The notes under the pieces were generated by a model. It was given only the letters and a program-made list of their open reading frames with translations, searched no databases and was not told where the DNA came from. Of a stretch of 54,520 nucleotides of DNA, positions 45,701 through 54,520 are shown one piece after another. The DNA is from Neophaeotheca triangularis (taxonomy: Eukaryota). Numbering within the stretch: the stretch's first letter is position 1; every line of letters begins with the position of its first letter. The stretch is from assembly GCA_054600435.1 (NCBI GenBank), contig BAAIJX010000089.1, forward strand, positions 1 through 54,520, read 5' to 3'. The translations under genes and the position numbers were made by a program.

Positions 45701-46711
45701 GTGCTGATTGCCGGCACTAACACCCTCCTCTTGCGCCATCTGCTCGGCCACTGCAGTATCATTCTGCTCCTCTTCCCTCTTTTCACGCTTGCTCTTCTTG
45801 TGCTTGCCTTCCTGCTTGAGTCTCGCCGCCTCCTTCTTTGTGTGGGCTTTACGGCACTTCTTGATAAGGTCCGTCTCGGCGCCTTCGAGGGATCGTGCGT
45901 ATTTGTCACGTTGTGAAACTTTTTCGGAAAGATCGTCATAGTTTCTGTTGATCCATATGTTTTTGATACCTCCCGGAAAGACATCGTAGAGGCCGTTGAG
46001 AGCGTCGATGGTAAGCCACTTTTTGGGGATCTCCGTGACGAGCACAGTCGTCGCAGAAGCGCGTATCCTGTGCTGCGGGCTCGTTAAGAAGGCCTGGCGT
46101 ACGCGGATGTAGCCTCTCAGTTCCTTATACACAACGAAGCAGACCCAGACGATTACCATGATAGCTAGTATCAGATGAGCCCATAGCCTCTTCCGAGTGT
46201 GGGTGGGTGCAACGTTCCCAATCGCTAGCTTGTCCAGTCCTTCTGTACACGCTTCTGCGTTCTGTTCGCAGCTGACTCCTGAGTACTGGTTTATGGGCAG
46301 CAGAATGGGCAAGATGATGACGGCCAAGGGCAGGAAAATCTTCACCATCATTCGTAGGTACCGCATGAAGAAGTAGGCATCGAGGCCACACTTTTGAATA
46401 AATTGTAGATTTGGGGTTTCGAAGATTGGTCTGAGCCAGCCAAAGAGGCCTGATGGTGGCATGGGGACTCGTTCTCGTTCGGGCACAAGGTAGGATCGTG
46501 GTCGGTAGATGCGACTGAGGCGCATGCGTAGGAGCAAGAAGACCAGCAGTTGTGCAGCGAATGTCGCAAAAGCGTATCCGATGGCAGCAACCAGTGCTCC
46601 AACCGACATGCCCTCGTTCTGTGAGCCATCTGCGCCAGAGCCTCCCAAGAGGCCCTGAAAGGATGTATCAGGTTCGCCTGAGGTAGGCTCCGGTGGCGGC
46701 GGTGCCGCCAT
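42722..46711 (-). CDS. CSC1/OSCA/TMEM63-family (DUF221, Phm7/Rsn1-like) calcium-permeable stress-gated cation channel
   Basis: IYRPRSYL, KCGLDAYFFMRY, TTVLVT, SAFIQFN, PEDVIWDNM, FFVVSISG, LPSAANYFFSY, DTGGLLFP and the C-terminal AFQHSAL..WIPRDKLGVS..SNEGTALD..PPD. Confidence 0.93.
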   Translation of the reverse strand: MAAPPPPEPTSGEPDTSFQGLLGGSGADGSQNEGMSVGALVAAIGYAFATFAAQLLVFLLLRMRLSRIYRPRSYLVPERERVPMPPSGLFGWLRPIFETPNLQFIQKCGLDAYFFMRYLRMMVKIFLPLAVIILPILLPINQYSGVSCEQNAEACTEGLDKLAIGNVAPTHTRKRLWAHLILAIMVIVWVCFVVYKELRGYIRVRQAFLTSPQHRIRASATTVLVTEIPKKWLTIDALNGLYDVFPGGIKNIWINRNYDDLSEKVSQRDKYARSLEGAETDLIKKCRKAHTKKEAARLKQEGKHKKSKREKREEEQNDTAVAEQMAQEEGVSAGNQHHVAQNTQDMLRDVNSNEEKQRQHVNEQQRYKNPLGLVGQGLGNLGRGVGAFGQRVIGGVDDGFHGAAGGINNRFDRANQGTGFVFDDDELYKRQSVGVLLQSDSAPSPPPKDDDERPQSHWDSLQSRCEPQPNPLALSSSAPIDQADGSPGSEKTEVNPNNPSFNLTRPSGDTKPKESMQIEEPLHGNKYPMWKFWKTNDRSLAMPSPRPHVAEDDDEFPLHTGTDEKRDGAESPNREVSDSKWWHELMFWKSNDDEPKESYDDAFSKDWDEDQDGEPRWREFIEPKDRDTMRLALVDQSWFPSMPLVGQKVDKIYYLRRELARLNHEIETDQDSPEKYPLMNSAFIQFNHQVAAHMACQSVSHHVPQQMAPRMVEISPEDVIWDNMSIRWWERYLRTFIVLALSAGLIVLYAIPVTFSSLLSNLDALGRGIPWMSWVRDIPDSGRSIIQGIFPPLLLAIILALVPIIFRVLVTQQGVPTGSSRELGVQQWYFAFLFVQVFFVVSISGSLIQFFTSLTEEPTEIPQQLARTLPSAANYFFSYLMIQSLSNSASALLQVAILAIWFLLAPVMDATPREKWTRQTRLNFVRWGSFFPPFTNFAVIGLVYSVIAPLMLVFMLIIFSLFWIVYRYNVFYVYQFRTDTGGLLFPAAINQLMTGLYVMEICLIGLFFIKRDEDDGVSNIPHAIIMIIVLVFTVIFHYLLNMSFSPLFRYLPVTLEDEAVIRDEAFARAQASKFAPLQQDTDNYADGDDESDSGTTQAATHQANSSSNDKATEAGHDNPNPTRQTATRRQSTLTSQTTNSSSPRTPKSPAWHRTPRSPNWATENWKRAAPSAVTRMRNLATARPTKLNPHHISASPKEQARNQQDPESQHTVGDVLFSGFADELEDLTPEERDTLVRYAFQHSALRARRPVVWIPRDKLGVSDDEIKRAKKMSTVRMGSGEGGDGDKSGSGREKTNIWMSNEGTALDGKGRVVFRRSPPDFSNVDLIKL

Positions 46712-47665
46712 GCTAGAGGGATCTTGGTGGTGGTGGTGGTGGTGGAAGAGGTTGTTGTGGTCTCGAACTCAGGTTTTATTGGCCGTCTGGGAGAAGAACG
46801 AGCGGCTATGAGAGCATGTTGTTGGAGTCAAACGTGACGTGTACACTACAATGTGGATAATGAGATGTTGTACAAGGGTGTTAGGGAGGAAGTGACAATA
46901 GGAGGGAACGCAACGAGGGTGCAATACGCGACAATAGGAAGTTTGCTAGTGTAGGGCGGCAGGAGGATGAGCAGGAGGTAGGAGGGGGAAAGCACAATAG
47001 GCAGCGAGACGTGACAACAATGAAGCCATCCGGACGGCACTTCACTGTAGACGACGTCGACAGGAGAGATAGAGACGGGACAAACGAGACAAACACGCGC
47101 CCAGCCAAGAATATCAGGGTCGATCTCGGGGGCCAATCATCAAGAGATTCGATACCAAGACCCCGGTTTCAGATCGCCCAAACTCTATTAGTACCTGATT
47201 CTGAATTTACCTAGCCACGTTTCTCAGCCTTAACCTGAGCCATATCTTATCGTACTGCCGAAGATATACCTACACCTAGGCAAATTCAATACCTAGGATA
47301 TCTTGCTATGTAGGTAGTACTTGTTGCACTCCCCTTTGACTTCCATATCGTTTTTACTTGTGCTAAAGATGCACTTATGACCCAATCTTGATCTCGCTAC
47401 GACTACCGTGGTATTTTCAGGCTAGACATGAGAAGCTGAACCGGTTTCTGAAAACGCTACTAATGACCAGGATTCTCCTTGTCCTGTGTTCACACTTCTC
47501 ACTGCCATCTCGACCCAAGTCACGATTGGAGACATCAGCACGAGATCTTCAGATACAGCCAGGTGAAGGTTCGCGGCCGGCTTTAGCATCGGTAGGAAGC
47601 GTACGATGGCAGTCGCTAACGAACATGGACGGCGATCCTACCTCTCCTTGCCCCTCCGTCGCGCA

Positions 47666-48428
47666 TCACTCTTTCCATTTTCCTGAACTCCTCCTCTTGA
47701 ACCTCTCTAATACACGCTGCATCTGCTCCATTCTTTCTCTCTCTCTCAAACCCCAATCTTCCTCCCCAGTAAAATCAGCAAACCACCACCTTAGCCACCT
47801 CACCAGGACAAAGCAAGGACTCACCACGCTCATTCCGCCCATGAACAGGCCTCGTGGCCGCAATAGCCTCCCTCCTACAAGTCTCACACCTCACAGCCTC
47901 GAAACAACTCTTGATATTCCTCAACTGCGCCCGCCCACAAACCCCACAATGCTCCGCATTCCTTCTCATCCTAACCAGCAAATCCATGCGCGCGTTCGCC
48001 GGCAGCGGTCTCAACATCTCGACGCGCAGCCACGGCATCTCGGCTTGCAGAGCTGTTTTCTTCATGACACGCAGCAGGTGTAGGGCATAGTGGTCGAGGA
48101 TCTCAGCCATGGAGCGGTTTACTAGGGCAAGGGAGCCGAAGGGGTGGGGTTGGTGTTCGTAGCGTGCGTGGGTTAGAGGGAGGTGGGAGAGAATGCGGAA
48201 CCAAATGTCTAGGGGGAGGGTGGGAAAGGGGTCGCGTGGTGGTTGATGAGGGGTTTGCTGGGGGATGGTGGTGCCGGTGAGGTCTTGGAGGCTTAGTTGG
48301 TTGGATGGCCATAAGGGGGCTGTTCTGCGATGAGTTTTGTTTCGTTTCTGGGTGTAGTGGGGGTTTGGGCGGTTCGGAAGGGTGGCAATAGAGCAGTCGG
48401 AGTCGGAGAGGTCAGGAAACAATTCCAT
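47666..48428 (-). CDS. Small F-box-like protein with C-terminal CxxC pairs, probably 2 exons (48428-47804, 47757-47666)
   Basis: PTLPLDIWFRILSHLP...SLALVNRSM resembles an F-box, followed by CGVC and CETC. A 46-nt intron (GTGAGG..GCTGAT..AAG) continues in frame into DWGLRERERMEQMQRVLERF. Confidence 0.55.
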
Positions 48429-48992
48429 TATACGGTCAGTTGTGGTTGACTTTCGACATCAGTAGACGACGAGGTTGAGAGATCCTATTTGAGTGCCGCG
48501 ATCATGGCTGCCGCGATCTTTTCATGAGTCTTCGAATATGGTCTTGCTGGATGATTACCTTTGACTTAAGCAACAGTGGAATGGAAATTGGGATTCCTTG
48601 CTTCATCGTTGGCAGAACCTTAGATGATCGAAATTCCACTGCATCCCTTAGGAATGCCTACTAATTGCCTTACGTCTCTGTCACACCTTCTTTAATAGGG
48701 TATACCCCTCATTACCTAGGTAGTAAGGCAGTGTCTTTGGTTCGGCATTCCCAGAGGGTCAGAGTTTGGGCAGCTATATTACCTTAGTTATTCTTTTGGC
48801 CCGCGCCCCGACCTGAAGCGAACCCACCCACGCCCACGTCATCACCAGGGCAGCCCCAAAAAAAGTCCATTCCACGGATCCCGCGAGGGGTGTTGGTGGG
48901 GCGGCTTCAACTTCCACTCTCGAGAGCACAACTGGAAACACTACTCTCAGTCCGAGCACACTCAACCAACACATAACCCACGACAAATTTGA

Positions 48993-50214
<1,222 letters not shown>

Positions 50215-51818
50215 GCGTATGCAGAGGAAAGGAAAAGAGGGCACGATCGGCATGCATGGGCCGGGGTTATGGCGATTTAGAGTCTAGAAGGGGCGGCAAT
50301 TTCAACAGCTGCGGGTGGGGTTTGGGGACGAAGGCATTCAACTACTGTGATACCCGGAGCATCTTCCACGATGTTGCGAATGGGCATGAAAGTCAAGGAG
50401 GAGTGATGGATTTTGTTTTTTGTTTTTAATTTACAAACGCCTCGGATCACGAGTCCGCATTCAAAAGCAGTCGAAAAAATGAGGAAGGGGCTAGTTGCCA
50501 TTTTTCTCTCGTTGCTTGTTTTTTCTTTCCCGCTTCAGGCCAACATGCCACACGCATTCTCTCGCTGCTTTGCAACGTTCTCGACCTACCACTACATAGA
50601 TAACTACGTGAGAGCACGAAGAAAGCCCATTCAAAGGGTACTTACTGGATGGCATTCGAGTGACTCCCGTCTGCAGTAGTACTGCTAGCGGACTGAAGTC
50701 CCTTATAATCAAGGATCTGGGGCTGGTTCGGACTTCCAAGGCTGGCTTAAACTGATGTCAGTACCTAGGTACCTAGATAGGTAGTAGTCAAGGTTGTCTT
50801 ATTAAGTTATAAATTCTCGAGCTTGCGGTGCCTAGGTAGCGGCACTTGTTAGAGGGTGTTAGGGCTGGAGCCACATGGTCTGGTTAGTGGTGGGGTCGCG
50901 TGACTTGAGTAGTCGGGAACTGTTGACTTTTGGCTCGTTGGATGTATATTTTTCGTGGTGCGGGGACGGGAGGTATAGTTGATTCGTTTGAGTTCATAAC
51001 GGATGCACTGTACACATTTGTACTATTCTGTAGTATATAGGTATGTAGCGCTACTAGGAGGTAGAGCTAGTAGGTGTAACTATACGTGCTAGAGCCTAGC
51101 CCGCGGGCTGTCAGCCAGCCTTGCGAAACACTGACAACCCTTCCTACAGCTATTATACTATACTACTTTACGACTAACACCACCGTGCCATCATCATCTA
51201 GAGGCAGAGAAGAGAATAGTCCGATTGCACTCAGATTGCTCTACACGTTTCCCGCTTGCTCTGAAGAAACACGATACAACACCCTACACGACCGACCCCA
51301 CCACCCACTACGCATCTCTTCTCGCTGGAACGGATACCCGCATTACTGTCCGACCGAGAGACTGGACTCAATCTCGCTCTCCCGAAAGGATAGGCGCTTG
51401 CCCTCCCGCGACGGCTAGGCGCAGTAAGACTGACGGACAAAGCGCATTGTCGTCTTCGAGAACAAAGAAAGGGCACGTGTCTCGGGCTTGGTTGGGTGCG
51501 ACTCGAGCTTTTGCTTGCGGGAAACTTGGAAGCCGGGACAGTGTGGGACGTTGCGCGACAGTAGCGAGGGACGGACGGGTTTTTGGAAGAGGCTTTTTTT
51601 GCTGGCGGGGAGCAAGCAGAGTAGCAAGCGTTGAGTGAGGTGGGCAAAGAACTCGACGACACGGCGGTTTAAAGAGGCGCGCTTTTTCATTGTTGGGGTG
51701 GGAGTTGAGAGACGGACAAAGACGACCGATTGAGACATTTTCACCTGCGCCCGCGTCGTCCGCTGTCGACGAATACCTTCGGCTGACTGGCTGGCTACAT
51801 GCCGGCTCCGTCGCTTCG

Positions 51819-53650
51819 ATGAAAGACTTTAATAACAACAACAACAACGGTAATACGCGCGAATATGATGACACCAAGCCTACAGGTCTGCATGGCCAGA
51901 GAGCCGCTCTCCAACTCATCTGTCTCGGTAGTGGTGGTGGGCCGGGAGAGGATAACACCGCGGGGTTCCTCGTGCGGAGTGTGGGTCGTGAATGGGCTAG
52001 GGGGAGTATGCTAGCGGTGGATGCGGGGAGTCATTTGGCGCCAATTGCGAGGATTTTGGAGAGGGATTTCCCCGCTGTGAGTGAGGGGAGGGAGTTGAGT
52101 GGGTGGAGGAATGGGAGGGAGGAGGGGGAAGAGGGTCAGGGAGACGGAGGGCGCACCCCGGGGTTGAGTGGGAGTCTGGCACAGGCTAGTTTGTCGCCGG
52201 AGAGTGGGGAGTCACTGTCGCCGAGTCCGAGTCCGCTGCCCGAACCGACGGTTCTGTCACAGGGGCCGTTTGCTGGGTTGAAGTTTCCGAACCTTTCGGC
52301 CAGGGCGAATGCCGCGCATGTTGTTAGAGCGTATGTGTCGACTTATCTCATCACACATCCGCATCTGGATCACTTGGCGGGGTTTGCGATTAATACGGCG
52401 GCTTTCCACGGCGGCACCAGGCCCAAGACGCTGGCTGCGCTGCCTTCGACCGTCGAGGCGGTGAAGCAGCATATTTTCAACGACATCATTTGGCCTAACC
52501 TCACGGACGAAGATGGAGGGGTCGGGTTTGTGACGTTCCAACGGCTGAAAGAAGGCGGCGACCCCATGATCGGCGAAGGTGAAGGTAGAGGCTATATTGA
52601 CGTTTGCGATGGGTTAGGCGTACGAGCATTCAAAGTCAGCCACGGGACTTGCACCAAATCTCCACCCTCCCACCACCACCGGGGCAGTCGTGGCAGCGTT
52701 TCCGGCGCCACGACCGCGGATTCCCAACCCAGCGACGGCCGCCATGTTTCCACCTCTCAAACCCAACACGCCTCCTTCTCCACCCCAGGCACCCCGGGCG
52801 GGCCCCTAGCGACGCGCCAAAGCACCACCTCACAACTGCAACCCCAGAACCCTGCTCCCCCCATCTCGCAACAACCCGCTCCGGACCCTCCCGGCCCCAA
52901 CTGCGTCGTCGACAGCACCGCCTTCTTCATCCGCGACTGCGACACGGCCCGCGAAGTCCTCGTTTTCGGCGACGTCGAACCCGACAGCATCAGCCTGACC
53001 CCGCGCAACGCTCTCGTCTGGGCCGAAGCGGCTCGCAAAATCGCCGCCAACCTACTCGGCGGCATTTTCATCGAGTGCAGCTACGACGACAGCCAAGCCG
53101 ACAGCCTCCTCTTCGGCCATCTCTGCCCGCGGCATTTGTACGCCGAGTTGCGGGTGCTAGCGGGCATGGTAGTCGAAGCGCGAGCTCTGCGGGCCCAAGA
53201 GAAGGCCCAGCACGGCCATCACAAGAAGCGCAAGCGGAGTGCGGCCACTGTACCGAATGGGCTGGAGGGCACACTCAGAGCAGACGAGAGCGGCAAGCGC
53301 AGTCGCAGCTTAGCTGGTAGACATGGCCGGACGCTGGAGAGTCGGTTACACCGCCGCAGCAGCGCGGACCACAGCATGCCGGACGCGACTCCCACGCCGC
53401 CAACAGGTATTGGTGGTGGTGCCACGGCTCCTTCGACGGCAATGACGAGTCGACAGCACTCACCCGACCCCAGCTCCCTGCCGCCCGCGAGCCCGAAAAC
53501 CGTCCTCAAGACCCCTCAGCAGCCCAACTTTGGCTCAAGCGCTGCTGCAGCCGCTCGCCAGCAACCACAACACCAGCAACCGCAATTCCAGCACCCGTCG
53601 CAACCGCTGACTTCGGAACCGACGCAATATCAACCTTCTTCGCAGCCCTC

Positions 53651-53715
<65 letters not shown>

Positions 53716-54125
53716 CACAACAAAACCCTCCCAACCAATACTCCCCCTCCCCCGACGGCCCCTTGGCAGGCATCAAAATCGTCATAATCCACATCAAAGA
53801 CACGCTCCGCGACGGCCCGCACGTTTCCGAGACGATCCTGTCGGAACTGCAAGACCACGAGCGCGCGGCTTGGGAGGAGCAAAACGACGCCGCCGTCCGA
53901 GGACAGAGTCAAGGCGGGGAGGAAGGTGGGGTCGATGGTCTCGGGTTCGGTGTTGGTGGGAATTTGGGCGGTATAGGGGGTGGCGTTGGTGGGGTCGACG
54001 GGAGTGGGTTTGTTTATGGGGGTGCTGGTGCCGGGTGGAATGCTGCGGGGGGGAGTGGGGGTTGGATGGGCCGGTTGGGGTGTGGGTTTGAGATTGCGGG
54101 GAGGGGGGTTGAGTATTGGTTTTGA
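51819..54125 (+). CDS. PDE1: Low-affinity class II cAMP phosphodiesterase
   Basis: LICLGSGGGP, AVDAGS, ITHPHLDH (class II signature), IFNDIIWPNL, VSHG, FGDVEPD, FIECSY, FGHLCP and IIHIKD. The first in-frame ATG is 51819 (the track start is a TTG). Confidence 0.93.
53652..53714 (+). repeat. (CAA)21 microsatellite encoding polyglutamine in PDE1
   Basis: Pure CAA repeat, 63 bp, in frame. Confidence 0.95.
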
Positions 54126-54433
54126 TGTTCTTTTTTGGGGAGGAGGGGACGAGGGCCTTCGGCTATGATGGGGGGTTTTTGGTTGGGTCGGGTCGGGTTC
54201 GACTTGGTTGGTTTCAAAATTGATCTGATTCGGTGGATTGGCCTGGATCGAATAAGGGTTTTAGGGGCTTGCTGGACGGACCCACGGGGGGATGTGAAGG
54301 TCCTTGTGAAGGCGGCAAGTCCGACTGGACCCTGACATCTTAGCTTTTTCTGGCGCGGACGAACGAATACTTTGGAAAATTCGGCAGCCTCAGTCACGCT
54401 CATGGCCGGTGGGTCCCTTGAGGGATAACGCGA

Positions 54434-54464
<31 letters not shown>

Positions 54465-54520
54465 CCCCCCCAGGACCCCCCACCCCCCCCACCCCCCCCA
54501 ACACACCCACCCCCCCCCCC
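54434..54520. repeat. Poly-C-rich low-complexity tract at the window end (probable contig-end artefact)
   Basis: C homopolymers interrupted by A. Confidence 0.8.

Overview
Gene-dense, intron-containing DNA from a filamentous ascomycete (GT-AG introns with CTRAC branch points; a Dothideomycete such as a Capnodiales/Mycosphaerellales black fungus is my inference, not established). Both ends are G/C homopolymer tracts typical of contig ends. About 17 protein-coding loci can be reconstructed by hand: complex I subunit NDUFB4, SEC63, a bicistronic MOCS1A/MOCS1B (cnxABC/nit-7-type) molybdenum cofactor locus, an AMPK-CBM-like protein, a small secreted protein, a DUF6536 membrane protein, a DUF2235/Tle1-like hydrolase, a NIPA Mg2+ transporter, acyl-CoA thioesterase TES1, LEU4, a Bet v1/SRPBCC protein, a GH3 beta-glucosidase, HSP104, a CSC1/OSCA channel, an F-box-like protein, ADO1 and PDE1. 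There is also one tRNA-Gly(GCC). No CRISPR array, intact transposon or rRNA is visible, and I see no clearly new multi-gene system. The most interesting signals are RNA-level switches: the MOCS1 5' splice site overlaps the essential Gly-Gly/stop and the downstream exon starts with an internal mitochondrial-type presequence; TES1 has a PTS1 on a tiny last exon plus an upstream presequence-like extension; the GH3 gene has no in-frame ATG before its signal peptide and needs a GC-AG intron; two genes have uORFs whose stops overlap the main ATG. There is also an internally deleted amino-acid permease pseudogene missed by the ORF track, and a recurrent TACCTAGGTA palindrome in intergenic gaps. All splice models are hand-derived and unverified.
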